Below are positions 27,824 to 43,349 of a DNA stretch of 64,000 nucleotides, piece after piece. Position numbers and translations under genes: made by a program. The notes below the pieces were generated by a model, which ran no database searches, was not told the DNA's origin, and was given only the letters and a program-made list of their open reading frames with translations. Each line of letters opens with the position of its first letter. The stretch's first letter is position 1. This stretch comes from Octopus vulgaris (Eukaryota): assembly GCA_951406725.2 (NCBI GenBank), contig OX597819.1, positions 91,946,001 through 92,010,000 on the forward strand, read 5' to 3'.

Positions 27824-28124
27824 GTTTTACTTTCAGTCTACATCAAAAGTGTTGACTCTAGTGTTTGTACTTTGAGCATGGTTCCAGTTTGTAGCTTAAA
27901 AAGCTAAATTAACTCTGCTAAATTAACTGGGATTTGACATATATAAGAAGTGATGTATTCAGTATACCATAACAACATATGGCCCGCGACATATTCTCAT
28001 TTTCGTTTTCATCTTGATTCCTTTGCATAAAAGATACAGATTTAGTTAAAATATGTATAAAATGTTAATAGAAGGTCACTAAATTTGAACTAAAATTTCT
28101 GATTAGCTGTAGTGTATGTATGTA

Positions 28125-28672
28125 TGTCATTATTCAGTTTTATTTTAAAATTTCTTGCCAATAGAGAAAGAACCGGTTGTAACTTAGATTCAACGTTCCT
28201 TCATTGGAATTTCAACACCAACAACAAGGTATATGTATATGGATGTATACGTGCAAATTTGTAGGTTTTTGTTTTATGTATGTATTCTTATGCGTGTACT
28301 TGTATATCGAAACATGCTCATATATACTTAAATTATAAACTTCTGGTAAGTTTTACAGATGTTTACAGTTCCAATGACGGCTTGGATCTGTAGTATTCGA
28401 ATCAACTTTCTCTTTTCTGGTTTTGAGACGCCTAATTTCTCAGGATTGATATTTAGGCAATGTATTACACATACCAGTGCACCAATAATTACAGGTGTAA
28501 AACTGAACTTGTAATCTGGATAGAGTAACTGCAGATTTCTCAATAGTTCAGCGTAGATATTACCTTTCTCGCTAATCTTCAGCTTTATGTTAACATCTGG
28601 TGGGTAGTTAATTTCCCCATTGTACACAGTTTCTCTTCTCTATCCCAAATCATTATATCAGGTCTACTGAGT
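28125..28672 (-). mobile_element. 3' fragment of a restriction-like endonuclease (RLE) LINE
   Basis: SRPDIMIWDREEKLCT...PDVNIKLKISEK..IYAELLRNL...PVIIGAL, a PD-(D/E)xK domain. Bounded by (TATG)n. Confidence 0.8.
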
Positions 28673-28917
28673 TTACATGTGCGTGCGTATGTATGTATGT
28701 ATGTATGTATGTATGTATGTATGTATGTATGTATGTATGTATGTATGTATGTATGTATGTATGTAGCACGCAATCATATATATATATATATATTTGTGCC
28801 TGCAGGTATGTAAATAACTGTGTATAAGTATATACATCTGAATGTATGCATGTTTGTATATACGTATGAATTTATACATACGAGTATGCATGCCCGTATT
28901 TATGCAACTGCGTATTT

Positions 28918-28988
<71 letters not shown>

Positions 28989-28990
28989 TC

Positions 28991-29191
28991 TTTTATTCCC
29001 TTGTTTCAGTCATGTGACTGTGGCCATGGTGGCGCACCGTCTTTTAGGCGATGAAATCAACCCATGACTTACTTTTTAAGCCTGATACTTATTCTATCGG
29101 TCCTTTTGCAGAACCGGTAAGTTATGGGGGACATAAACACACCAGCACCTGTTGTCAAGCGGAGATGGGGACACACACAAAACGCACACAC

Positions 29192-29251
<60 letters not shown>

Positions 29252-29411
29252 GACGGGCTTATTTCAGCTTCCGTCTACCAAATCCACTCACAAAGCTTTG
29301 ATCGACCCGAGACTATAATAGAAGATACCTACCCAAGGTACCACGCAGTAGGATTGAACCTAAAATCATATGGTTGGGAAGCAAACTTCTTGCCACACAT
29401 CCAAAACTGCA
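28991..29411 (-). mobile_element. SINE family A
   Basis: Reverse complement of the family A consensus. Confidence 0.8.
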
Positions 29412-30193
29412 CTTGTATGCGTTCATATATATATATATATATATGCGTATATTTTGTATATATGTATACATTTCTATACGAAACTCGGGTGGCTAATTTC
29501 CAATATGTACTTCTATTTTCATTAATGAGGTAATTGTTGTTTACTTACTAAATGTCCAGGCCCTTCCCCTCCCCATTCCTGATAGCCCAAAATAAATAGA
29601 TTAAGTAGAGCACTAAACTGGTTTCCGAAGTGTGCTAATTAACAGCAAATATAAGGAACAAAATAGACAAAGACATAATTAAATTAGTAATTGTTGGCAA
29701 CATGTCGCAATGAAAAATAACGTTACAAAAAGTAAATAATGTAATGATTAGTAATTAACTAATAAGCAATTAGAATTTATCTGCGTATCCAATCAGATGT
29801 TAGAACAGGTGGAGCTCCGGATAACGTTATTTGTATTATTTCGTTATCTTTCTTAAGTTCTGAGTTCAAATTTCATCCACGTCAGTCAATTTTTGTTTTT
29901 TTGCTTTCGTTGTTATGAGGTTGACAAAATAAAATATTGTAGTTGATATAAACTACAATACTCACGATCCCAAACTGTGTAGCTTTGTATCAAATTTGAG
30001 AAATTCTATTCCGTTCCTTGTCAATTTCTTTTTCTTTTAATCTCTCCAAGAGTTCGAGTACTGGTCGTTGAAAAAGTCGACAACTATCCGTCCTTCTTCG
30101 CGAATTCGTGACCTTGTGCCAATGTTGGAAACCAATTATTATCTATATTTTCTGATTTCAATTCTTATTTGTCTTTTTTCTTTTATTTTCCAG

Positions 30194-30429
30194 CGCCAGT
30201 TGTACCGCAGATTCCACCGCAAGCAGGGAAGAAAGCACCGCCACCACCGGTAGCTCCGAAACCCAGCAGAGGCAAAGGGCAACACACCCGTTCGTCTTCT
30301 GACCAATTAGGTTACTGTTCGGACGTAGATCACAGAAGTCAGACGCACAGTTTCCGGCAAAAGCCGATGTTTGCCCCGACTCCATTTGCTTCAAGTGCAC
30401 CACGTGACTTACCTGGTAGTGATATGTGA
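30194..30429 (+). CDS. Terminal coding exon of the same gene (T-PVVPQIPPQAGKKAPPPPVAPKPSRGKGQ...RDLPGSDM*)
   Basis: Polypyrimidine tract plus ttccag acceptor ending at 30193. Phase 1 matches the 3535 donor (a+cg = Thr). GC-richer, proline-rich frame with PPPVAPKP; TGA at 30427-30429. Confidence 0.75.
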
Positions 30430-31380
30430 TGCCGTTCGACTTACAAACTTTTCTCTCTCTTTCTCTACTTTCTTCCTCTAACTTTTCCCTTCTTCCTGCC
30501 TCCCGTCCTTCCATCATTGTCCAGAGGTTTTCAACTTTGCCTTTTGTTACTTATTTTATACACGTAAATGGGCCCTGCATCAGTGGCGATCCCTGGTATT
30601 TAAAAATCAAAGCCATATAACCGAAATAGGTTACATATAGCATTATGTACCGCCTTTCAGACTGTCTTCCATAAAAAAAAAAAAAAAAATCAATGGAAGG
30701 TTTTTTAAAATCGGATTTGTTATTTGCATTTTTATATCCTAGTCTTGCATTACATGTTTTGCATACGTAGAGGACAAGCCGCTGCGTGTTTATAACAAAC
30801 AAACACGACCAAACAACGTATATATGCATATAAAGCATTTTGAAGGCCCACGAGAGATATTAGGAAGGTATCATTCTTATAAATAGATGTTTACTCTATT
30901 TTTTTCTGATCCCTAATTTTGTAGTCATGTACATTTTTATCTTTACCTTCGTTTTATTCTGTTTTTTTGGAAACAGTAACAGTTGCTAACCTAATGAAAT
31001 AAATCGATGCATTTTAATTACACGAATAAATAGATCGATTCATTCAAGGATAGAAACATGTTAAAGACTTTTTACAGATAAATAAAACAAAAACAAACAA
31101 AAACAAAATGAAATAAAATATCAGATTATTATCAGAGAGACTCGTTCTTAACGAACGATGGCTACTGAGTTTTTCCTTTGAATTTGATTTTCAATATAAG
31201 GACATCGAAAGGAAAGGAAACGAAACGAAACGACATCGAACAAAAAGAAAAGCACTAATATGCAACTTAATGATTTAGATATTATTGAAAACTTTGATGC
31301 CCTTGTTGTTGCTGTTCTTGTTGTTGGCAAAATACATTTAAATTGAATAAAAATGCTAAGCCAGCCTTAATTTGTGTTAG
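30430..31380 (+). other. Probable 3' UTR with candidate polyadenylation signals
   Basis: Largely repeat-free stretch after the stop codon. AATAAA at 30998, 31025, 31081 and 31346, the last followed by a GT/T-rich tract. Confidence 0.45.
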
Positions 31381-31649
31381 AATACTATTTATTTCTTCAT
31401 TTCTTTCTATCATTCTCTGCCTCTCTCAAAATCCCCAAACATACATCTTATAGTATACATTGTGAACATAGTTATAAATGAAAACAGTCAAACATTAAGC
31501 TGAAGGGTTATTTAATACATTTCAGATGAGTGACATATTTATTTGACTTTTACAAGGAAAAGGCCAAGAGTAGCTTCGAAGTTACAGCTATGTCACCAAA
31601 ACACCGATGTGACTATCAGCTTTTTCCTTATCTGTACTTACATACATAG

Positions 31650-31708
<59 letters not shown>

Positions 31709-32639
31709 CATGTATGTGTGTATATATACGTTTGTGTGTGACCATCCCTGTGCCATAATTAATGTAAATGTATCGAAAGGAAAAATTACTGCGGTTTTTG
31801 GTTGGAGAAAACATCTCTTATGGATATGCTGTTTTTAAAGAAGAGCATATATCGGAAGAAGACGAAAAGGTTCTCATGTGAGAAGGAACGATGAATACGA
31901 CATATAACTTCACTTTCATGAAAAATGGAGGATATTCGAACGAGGGTGGATTGCACACTTTTCTGAATGAGAAGAGCTACAGGATAAAAATAAAATAAAA
32001 CTAAAACTAATATCTGTATTCAGTGAACCATGTGTGCAACGACGTCTGGCTACGATAAGTAAACTCTACAATGACATTCGCATTTAGTGAATAACGTATA
32101 AATTGTCGTCTTGCTGTCAGTATTTACCAGTACAGTTGGTTCGCTATTTATATTTATATAAAGAAAAGCACAAAAGAATAAAGATTTATCCATGGTTTGA
32201 TTAGATATTTACGCTTCAAATAGAATGACACACCACAAAATGCATCAATGCATCAGTTATGCATATTTAATCGATCTCATGGTGCTTAACCTGGATTCTT
32301 TAATCACTTTTCTCTCCATTATATACATGTATGTGTGTATGTGTGTATGCTTAGGCGTTATGTCAATATAACTTTTAGTGAAGTATGTCAACATCGGTAA
32401 GTAAACGAAAGCCACCGGTACTTTTCGAAGAAGTATCTTGTCACATTTATTCAATGCCGACAGGTTCCGTGCCTATAGCAGAAAGGATATTTATTGTATG
32501 CCGAGATAGAGAATACTTGTCAATCTCTCTATCAGAAATACAAATGAAATGACGGCTTTTGGAAATCTGTAAAGAACGAAGATATTTATCCATAATAACG
32601 ACATAAATTACAAAAAGAAAATAGATACTTGATTTGCAC

Positions 32640-33330
32640 AATGATATCCATATTTAATGATTTTTGTGTGCAGCAACACAGGGATTTGTCTGCCAATAAC
32701 TGACAAAAACAACATGTGGTTAAATGAGGGAAAATTTGAATTTAGACAATTTGGAAAAAATGCCCTGACACGAACATTTTCTCTTCATTCAGGGAAACTA
32801 CCCACAACATCCAGTAATATCAGAGATTTAGGATAATTTGTTGATAACAAGTTTGGTTGGAGTGCTCACATAAACAATAAAGTCAATGTGGTTTGCAGGA
32901 TGAGCTCTTTTCCTTTGTAAAACACAACTAGAATACTGCTGCCCATTGTGGTTTCCCAACGCCAAATAAAACGAAAATTGAGTCACCCCAGAGGCTGATC
33001 TTGATTATTGAGATTTCCATAAAACATTGAAACTTAATTCTTACGTGCCATACGCTCCCTACACAATTCAGGATCGTTACTCATAAACTCATTGTAAAAC
33101 AATGTTTTTTCCTCAACAGGCCCTGCTCTATATAATATTGTCTCAAAACAAGTCAAAGAAGGAAAGGACCCACCATCCTCAAACGAACCCGGGACAAATT
33201 TTTCCAAGGGATAGTAAATGAGCCATCTATACCTGGATACATCTGTCAACAACTTCCCTACTTGAATGGACTAGGATATCACAAAAATTGACTTTAAAAT
33301 GACTTAACAGATCTTATCAGGTTTTCTATC
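32640..33330 (+). mobile_element. Degraded CR1/Jockey-group LINE RT C-terminal remnant
   Basis: NNMWLNEGKFE..., IRDLG.., VDNKFGWSAHINNKVN, QLEYCCPLW read across frameshifts. Confidence 0.65.
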
Positions 33331-34571
33331 GAATTAGACATTGCCTGGGCCAATCTTTGGCTGAACTATATCTATCAAATTCATTCACCCAGCTCTCACA
33401 TTGTAGATGTGCCGCAGGGTCAAAAATAAAGGAGTTCGAGAAAATGTCTGTCTGCTCGTTACTAAAATGATACCTAAAATAGTTTATGGAAGTATGTCTT
33501 TCTGTCTGTATCTGTCCCCCATCACCGCTTGACAACTGTTATTGGCGTCTTTACGTCCCCGTAACTTTGCGATTCGGCGAATGAGATCGATTTTGTAAGT
33601 ACCAGGCTTTAAAGAAAAGAAAAGTACTGGAGTCGATTCGTTTGACTAAAATCCTTCAAGGCGGTGCCCCAGTAGGGACGCAGTCTAATGACTGAAACAT
33701 ATAAATGATAAAAAAAACTAGATTAGATCAATAGGAATAGGTTTAATATTGACTTTAGCCTAAGGTGGCGAGTTAGTAGAGTTGTTACTGTGCCGGACAA
33801 AATGCTTAGCGGCAGTTCTCCTGTCACTATGCTCTGAGCCAAAGTTAGAAAGGAATATTGACGATAGCTAGTTATTTGCTAAAGGTTGCACAAAATCGTG
33901 TTTTAGGATTTCAGATAACCAGAAGACAATATGGAAATTCATATTTACTACTCGGCACTATTATGTGAACTTGGCATTGGTACTTAAGTCTCAACGATAG
34001 TTAAGCCAATGTTAAGCTACTTAATGTAGCATGCATTAAATAGCTAATTAGAAATACTTATAAGATGGGAAAAGACAACATTAAATCAATTGTAATAATA
34101 CTTTCAGCAACCGCGGGAGATAACTTAGAGCGTTTTTCAGTCTTATCATACCTTTATATCGATGTATAGGCATCGCTTTGTTGAGGTAGAATAATTATGG
34201 CACAGAGTGAACAACTTGGTGCAACAAGCAAAATTGATTTTGAGTATTAAATTTCGACAGGATTTTCTTCTTTTACACCTAGAACGACTTGCCTTCTGTT
34301 TCATATGATAACGAAAATTAGGGGTAAAAATAGTACCGGAATCGGTTGCATCGACTAAAACCTTTAAGAAGGCGCTCTAGCAAAGTCTTTTTCCGAAAAA
34401 CCGGGTAAAGAAAGTAAGACCTATGGAAATATCGTGTATCTATGGAAATACGTACGTATGTGAGCATTTGTGTATGTACGTGCATATGTAACTATGGATG
34501 TTTATATGTGTATATTCATGTGCGTACCAACGTATGAATTTACCTTGAGAGGATCTCCCATGAGAACTGGT

Positions 34572-34730
34572 GGTGCATTAAAGCAATCACAATTATATCA
34601 TTGACGAAAGAGAATAATCTGCAACGGCCGCAGGATCTGCAGGTTGAAGTCTTGTAATCTTGCTGTTCCAGCGAGCGAAGCAGATGATTCTCTTTTGTCA
34701 ACGATATAATTACGATTGCCTTTATGCACC
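34572..34730. repeat. Imperfect hairpin, 51-bp arms
   Basis: 34572-34622 inverts 34680-34730. Confidence 0.8.
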
Positions 34731-34934
34731 TCAATTTCTTTTTGTGTGAGATTTCCGCAGGGTAAATAACGTTGTATTCTGTGTTCTAACTCAATCTCCA
34801 CGTTATGTTGGAGATGAAGATTACTTTTTGGTATTAATACATTAAAACCTGTATTTTTATAAAAGCTACGACAAACAATATTGATGGGAAAAAACACACA
34901 CACACATACATACATACATACATACATACATACA

Positions 34935-34968
<34 letters not shown>

Positions 34969-35041
34969 CATACATACATATATACATGTATACATACGTA
35001 CACACATACACACACACACGCACACATACGCACACACATAA

Positions 35042-35580
35042 AGTAATGTTCGTAGGTACTTCAACATGGCTGTTCCGTTCGAACGGACTTTACTGCGATT
35101 TTTTTCACCTCAAGAAGACATCCCCTCTAGCTGGTTAACGATGCATACCTGCATCCGAAATATTGCCAGCAAGGGAGCGAAACCTTTCCACAAGTCCTTG
35201 ATTTTACAGCAAGCAAAAAAGGTAGTTCCAGAATCTCTGTAAGAGATTAACACAGTAGTTGTACTCGCCAGTAATGTTTGTAACCATTTCAACATGGCTG
35301 TTCCGTTTGAACGGACTTCACTGCGTTCATCTCTTAGAGAGGTTTTAGAACTAGCTTCTTTACTTGTTGCAAAATCAGCGACTGTGTGTCGCTTAAATTT
35401 ATATATATTCCGAGTAGAACCGAGTTACCGCCATCTCTAGCGGATGAGGTGTCCAGTATTGAAGAGAGGAAGAAATAGCCCGAAACCAGGCTGGTCCTGT
35501 CGCCAGAAGTTGGCAGGAGTTCGCTCCCTTTCTCGCATTATATCGGAAGGAGGTATGCATCATTAACCAGCTACAGGAGG
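35042..35580. mobile_element. Rearranged element with direct and inverted segments and a decayed hammerhead
   Basis: Direct repeat 35042-35097 / 35270-35325; inversions 35124-35190 / 35511-35579 and 35191-35238 / 35339-35389; TTGAAGA...GAAAC-CAGGCTG-GTC at 35459-35496. Confidence 0.55.
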
Positions 35581-35876
35581 TGTCTGGTATTTCCTTTCAC
35601 GCACAAAACGGACGAAACGAACTCAGCTACATTGTATAGACACCGTAGCTGTTGATATATACGAAATGAATAAATATGGATGTTTTTACACCTATATAAA
35701 TATCACGAATACGTGTATGGCTGCACGAATGTGTGTATATGTGGTGTGCATATGTATACACACATGCGCATATATAAGAATATATACATATTTTCTTTTA
35801 ATTTATAAATATACACATATACACATACACACACACGTTCTAACACATACATATATTCACATGCATTACCTATCTG

Positions 35877-35955
<79 letters not shown>

Positions 35956-35963
35956 GTCTGTCC

Positions 35964-36057
<94 letters not shown>

Positions 36058-36754
36058 AGATACCGAGAGCATTAGTGGTGGTAGTCTGCATCGGATTAAA
36101 GTATATTATAAACGTCAAGTGTTTATGGAGGTTTGTATATCGCTGGAAGAGGAATCCGGCAATTTACTGCCAGTTCCTTATCTGGAGGGAAAGAGATTTT
36201 TTTCAGCTAGACCGTGAGTAGAGTATACAGATATGTTCCTTACAGCAACTTTGAAGTCCTACAGGTAAACCAATGCACTGGATGCTTATACTCGAGGAAC
36301 CCCCAGGCGAGTTTCTAGCATGTGCATGCTTTTGATGACATTACATGCAGATAATGTGTTTGAAACAATAGATTGTTAAAATATTCATTCTATCAATCAT
36401 CAGTTGACATAAACTGACAATGTTTAGTGTGTAACGACTTCACGAAATGGGGCAGGCGGAATATTGGACAAAATTGGATTGATGTTTAACCAAAGAGCAC
36501 AGAACCATAGTGATGTTCATACAGAATGGTATTTACTATTCATGATGAAATTATATCAATACTTATATTTCCAAGTATCTGTTAACCATAAATATGATCT
36601 TTCAATTTATGGAGCACACGAAAAGATTTAACAACAGAAATATTTGACTGTTCTTTTTCTACTTGGCCCCCTTTTTTTGCTTCTTTTTAGTTTTTGAAAA
36701 TTTTTTTTTTGTTTTTACCTATTATATGTAAGGAGTATTTAACACCTTTCTTCA

Positions 36755-36956
36755 GTCTCTCTTGTGTTACTTGTTTCAGTCATTCAGCTGCAGCTATGCT
36801 GGGGGTACCTTCGTGGAGTACCCCCAGTACTTATTTTAAAGTCTGGTGCATATTCTGCCAGTTTTATTTGCGGAGTCGCTAAGTTACTGGAATTTGAACA
36901 ACCCAACATCGGTTGTCAAAAAGTGGGTTGGGTGGAGATGGGTAAACACAGACAAA

Positions 36957-37003
<47 letters not shown>

Positions 37004-37170
37004 ATATGCGAAAGGATCTTACATAGTTTCCCTTCTACCAAATTTACTCACAAGACATTAGCCGGCCAGAACTATAGTAGAAGACACTTGTCCAAAGTGC
37101 CGCGCGTTACGACTGAACTCAAAACCACGTTGTTGCAAAAGCAGCTTCTTAAACCACACAACCATGCCGT
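36755..37170 (-). mobile_element. SINE family A, diverged
   Basis: Reverse complement of the family A consensus. Confidence 0.7.
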
Positions 37171-38253
37171 GTTTGATAATATTGATTAAATTTATCAATA
37201 AATGAACAGGATGAAAAGATAGGGAGGAAAGAAGTGATGATATCAGTGACCGGAAGGAAACGGACTGACAGCTGAATACTTAATTGAAAACATCTCCCCA
37301 ACTTCATACCCGTCAGCCAATAATCTATAATTAACACATCCGTCCTATTTACCCTTCCTCTTATGTGTAATTTCTCCACAACCATCATCATCACTCACGT
37401 TAAAATATATTGAATTTTTGCACTGACCTTTATCTAAGCCCCCATAATTTTTTTTATATCGTATTTTCTGGCATAGTAGTCAACGTAGAATATAGTGTAA
37501 AAGATGTAGCGGAGGCAGACAAACATTATCACTATCTTTCCAATTCCTGTTGCATTTCACATGGAATTTTTGATCCTTCAAAGTCGTCTTGGAGAGTGAT
37601 TAACATAAGTTAATCAACCTTTCTCGGCTGTAAATTTTTATCTGAAAAATTCGATTTGTATACCAGAATATACTGTCATTCCTAGATGCATTTGAAACGA
37701 ACCTCAGTCTCTTGCGTACATTAACTTCTATCTGCACATCAACAAATCATACTCACTAATCCTCTCGCCCAACAAAGACTGAATACTGACTTTTATGTCC
37801 AGTGGCTTATTCAACACATGCATAAGACTATTCTATTTTATTTTTCAAATAAGCTTCCTACACACGTATCATATATTTAAGAGTTGACTGTGATGAAGAA
37901 CCAGATAAAATCCGAAGAAAAGGAATAACTGTGGGGACAGATGAAAAGCCAGGGGTAAGGCAGTTGCTGGTGTTGAAAGAAAATGGTGCAGTGAATAAAC
38001 TTTGTTTTTTTTTTTTTTTAGAAAATGAAGAGTGGAGAGTAAGGATAAGGTAGTAACAGTAAAACTGCGTCTTTTTCTTTTTTTTCCTTTTACGATCCCT
38101 TTTGATCGAAAACCTACGCCATTTTTTTTGTTTCTTTTGTTTTTTTGTTTTTTTATTTTTTTCATCCCCCAAAAGAAAAGCTCTGCCTTGTAATTTGTCC
38201 CATCTGTGTGCAGCCCTGTGTGGCCAATAAAGAAACTTATCTATCTATATATC

Positions 38254-38372
<119 letters not shown>

Positions 38373-38654
38373 ACAGACAGACAGACAGCCCAAAGTTTGG
38401 AACATTAAAAAAAAAAATTCAAATGGTTATACCGAAGTACAAACCAATTCAAATATATACAATGTAGAGATATACTTACCTAATAATTGATCCAATGGTT
38501 CAATTACAAAGATAACGACCCATTGCATCATTCATTAAGTAAGGCTCGAAGCGTAAAAGATGTTCTCACCTTCCCGAGCGTCAAACTAATACACCTGCTT
38601 GTTGTTTATACACCTGTCTTCGTTTTTAGTTTCATATATATATAATGTGGCGCA

Positions 38655-38990
38655 GAGAAGGTGCATGGCTCAGTGTTTAAAGTGTCGAGCTTACGATTGT
38701 GAGGTTGTGAGTTCGAATTCCGGACCGGGCTGCATATAGTGTTCTTGAACAAGACACTTTATTTCACGTTGCTCCAGTTCACTCAGCTGTAGAAATGAGT
38801 TGTGACGTCACTGGTGCCAAGCTGTATCAGCCTTTGCCTTTCCCTTGGATAACACTGGTGGCATGGAGAGGGGAGGCTGGTATGCATGGGCGACTGCTGG
38901 TCTTCCATAAACAACCTTGCCTGGACTTGTGCCTGGGAGGGTAACTTTCTAGGTGCAATCCCATGGTCAGTCATGACCGAAGGGGGTCTC
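38655..38990 (+). mobile_element. SINE family C
   Basis: tggctcagtg A-box, gagttcgaattcc B-box, CORE-like segment. Confidence 0.75.
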
Positions 38991-39205
38991 AGTGACACAG
39001 GGGGAAGATGAACGAACGACGGACACAATGGACGCAAACATAGCTTTATCTTTAATAAATTATCAACCAAATATCATCGCAATTTCGACACCTTCTGGTA
39101 AATATATGCATGTATTACAAACGCATGTACATATGTAAATAGAGGACAGCCAACTACTTAAATCAGAGCTGAAATATATAAACATGCAAAGATACAAATG
39201 TGTGC

Positions 39206-39236
<31 letters not shown>

Positions 39237-40027
39237 TGTATGTATGTATGTATGTATGTATGTATGTATGTATGTATGTATGTATGTATGTATGTATGTA
39301 TGTATGTATGTATGTATGTATGCATGCATGCATGCATGCATGCATGCATGCATGCATGTATGTATGTATGTATGTATGTATGTATGTATGTATGTACATG
39401 TGTGTGTATGTATGTATGTATGTGTGTGTATGTACGTATGTATGTATGTATGTATGCATGTATGTATGTATGTTTGTAATGTATGTATGTATGTATGTAT
39501 GTATGTACGTGTGTGTGTGTACGTATGTATGTATGTGTGTGTATGTACGTATGTATGTATGTATGTATGTATGTAGGTATGTATGTATGTGACTTTGCCT
39601 GTCTGTCTACATATGCATGTATATGTTTATGTATGTGTGTATATATGAGCCATCTACTGGTCTGCGCTGTTAAGAAGCTCACTTGGCAAACACGAAGTTT
39701 CCTCTTCTAGATTTGTGGTCACTGTGCAGTACTCTGACCAGTTATATCCTTCCATAGTCTTGGATCGACAAATACCCATTGGTATTTTGGTAGACAGGGA
39801 AACTGCGTGTATTCGCATCAATTTGGTGGGAAATCTAAAAAGAAAAAGTTGAGATACTGTCCTCTTTTTACGACCTGGACACCTTTGTCAATTACCAACT
39901 CACTGCAGTAATACTATAAGTGGTAGACGAAATACTAACTGGAGCTGACATACTTAAGTTAAGACTAAACGAATAAAAGCTTAGTATGTAAATACTAATG
40001 TCACGGATACAAAAACCCACATATCTA

Positions 40028-40118
<91 letters not shown>

Positions 40119-40289
40119 GTGTGTTTGTGTCACGTCTTTCTATTTGAACTTTTCGACAATCAGCGTAAACTGCGAAACCGGTTAAAGCTTTAAATATATT
40201 AATAAAAAATATTTTAACTTTTCTCAGTGCATTTTCAACTTATATTTTTCCTGTTTCTACCCGTTTGGAATAAAATAACTTTGCTTTCT

Positions 40290-40356
<67 letters not shown>

Positions 40357-40384
40357 CACATACAATATATATATGTGTGTGTGT

Positions 40385-40478
<94 letters not shown>

Positions 40479-41245
40479 GTATATATATATGGAAACGCAC
40501 TGTAACCCCACCCACACACACACATTCACATACACGTATGTTCAAACTCACCAACAATAAATTACGCACATTATACATACTTGAGTAAGTGTGAGTGTGA
40601 GTGTGTGTGTGGGAGTGTGTGGAGTGTGTGCGAGTGAGTGTGTGTGAGTGTGTTTGTGTGTATGTATGTAGGTGAGTGTGTGAATATCTGTGAATGTGTG
40701 TCCGTGTATGTGAATGTGTGAGTGAGTGTGTATGTGTGTTAGGGTGAATGTGTGCGTATGAGACAGTGTGCGTGCGAGTATGTATGAATATGTGTGTGTG
40801 AATGTGTTTGTGTATGTGTGTGTCTAAGTCTGTACGTGTGTATGTATCTCTGTAAATGTATATCAAATTACTTCGCTTACCTAGATCAACATGAAAGCAT
40901 ATAATATATGGCTACCAGGTATTTTTGTTGATGCAGTCAGTTTTTATTGTTATTATTATTATTATTATTTACTTTGCATCCATTAGACCACTGTTGTCTA
41001 ATGAAATATGGCTTAAACTTCAGACGAAATTTATAGTTCCACAGCACGCGATGTATGTACAGAATCTATCAACTAGCATCACCACGTATACGTCTGTTGA
41101 ATGTAAGCTTGTATTTGTGAAGGTAGAGTCGTGTGTTAATACTGATTGTGTGCGTTTGTGTGCGGACACCATCTTCTTTTGTGCACGGTTTAATGGCCGG
41201 TATAGTTACCGCGCTTCTTTGTGGATTAAATATATGGAAGTGTAA

Positions 41246-41284
<39 letters not shown>

Positions 41285-41304
41285 CATATATATATATATA
41301 TATG

Positions 41305-41346
<42 letters not shown>

Positions 41347-41584
41347 CGTATATATAAATATATATGATGTACCCAAGTGTGTATTTATATACACCCACCT
41401 TTATATATCATACACACACCCACATACATACACACACATAGATTATATGTACACGAACTATAGTTGATGTTGTGGACAGCAATGAAAGAAAAATCGCTCC
41501 ATAAAAACTTACATTTTGTGGGAATTATTTATAAGGGTTGAAATGATTGATCATATCCATTAATTCTGAGCTAGTGTGTAATGA

Positions 41585-41702
<118 letters not shown>

Positions 41703-41989
41703 TTCTACAATAGACACAAGGCAGGAAATTTTGGTGGAGGGTCGACTCGATTACACCGATACCAACGTGCAAGTGGTACTTATTTTCTTGATCTCGAAAG
41801 GATGAATGTCGACCTGCGGGGATCTGAAAAACAGAACGGAAAGACAAACAAAATAGCGCTAAGCAATTTTCCTGTTTTGCTAACGCTTCTGCCAGCTCGG
41901 TGATTTAATAATAATTATAATCGTTACTACAACTGGTACGAAGCCTGAAATTTTGTGGAAGGGAGCTAGTCGATTACAGCCTGCTCTTC

Positions 41990-42300
41990 CCGGTAGAAAT
42001 TTAGCCGGCTGATAATCATGACGATTAACATTCTGATAGCCAGATCCGTCCTATGCGCGACAAAAGTTGATCGACAATTCCACAGTTCAACAGTACCGGG
42101 ACACTGAAAAAATGCGTACAGAAGGGCTTCACTGCTTTGCACACATCTAAAGCAAGTTCGTTTGATAGCACTTCTGTGTCTGTAGATTTTATCAGTACTG
42201 CCAGGCCAGGGTTTTCTAATGCTATCCAAGTTTCTGGGTTGCAAATCTCCGTAACGTGCCAGCCAGTTTATTCTTACTGACATCCAGAGTTTCTTTACGA
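41990..42300 (-). mobile_element. L1/Tx1-like LINE 3' remnant (zinc-finger region)
   Basis: DKIYRH...TCFRCVQSSEALLYAFFQCPGTVELW matches the CxxC...E...HxFxxC motif. Confidence 0.6.
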
Positions 42301-43099
42301 ACGTTGTTTCCCTTCCTCAAAAACAAGTTCTAAATAGAAATCTTAAGTGAAAATTAGAGTAAAACGGTCAGCATTGTTCACTGTCTTGGAATATATGTAA
42401 ATGTTGCTGCCTTGTGCATCAACAACTACGACATACTTAGTATGCCGCTCTAAGGAAGAGCAGACGTCCTGATCTAGTTTAGTTTCTAATATAGGCATAA
42501 TTACATAATTTTGAAGGAAGGAAAAATAGATGAGACTGATTTCTGTACTTCTCTGCCTGACTAAAGTTTAGTGGAAGTGAAACTCAACTGCGCTTAAATT
42601 TTAACTTAGAAAGTAATGGTAGTTCTATCGTTTCTATCATCCACAATGCTAACAATAAGCAGAATGTAAGGAACCGGAAGAAATATCATTAGCACTTTGC
42701 ATTTTCACCGACACTCTAATGATGCTGCGAATCTACTGCCCTTGCTATCAATCTACTGTCGTTACACGTCTCTGATAATGATAACCGTTGGGTCACTAAC
42801 GTTTCAGGTTATAAAACATTGAAGCTGATTTCAACATCGAATTGAAATGAAAGTTGATTTTATGATGATTCAGTTAAATATTTCAAGTCGTTCGTGTCAT
42901 CATAGGTCTGGTTTACAAGTTCATGTTTAAGGTTTTATTGATTATTTACAGCATCTAATAGAAATAGAGTTTCCGAGATAAGCTTGAACTCCAGTAACAG
43001 CATTTATTTATGACATTCGTTCACACTTCTACAAAAATGCCGAAGGAATTGTTATATAACGTAAACATAAAATTAATGGAAACAATTTTCACAGTATTA

Positions 43100-43349
43100 T
43101 ATATATTCCCATTTTAGGGTTATGTTACTTTCAGAGTATTTTCTCCATTATGTGACATTTTGGCTATTTATGAAAGTTCCCCCAAAACCCCACGTATCTC
43201 GGTAATCCGTGGTCCGATTTACGCGAAACTTGTTTTATTCTGTTTGTATTCACATTTCAAGGGTGCCTTACTTTCACCGGTTTGGCTGTATCAAACTACA
43301 GACAAGCACGCACGCAAGCAAGCAATCACAGAGTTTTAGTAGTATATAG

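Noticed and set aside
34572-34730. Pre-miRNA hairpin
   Set aside because: The loop is about 57 nt and the context is repeat-like; no recognisable mature miRNA.
37400-38200. Possible exon or promoter (unique sequence, aaaatggcg YY1-like motif on the minus strand)
   Set aside because: No convincing ORF with splice sites or recognisable domain; the motif alone is insufficient.
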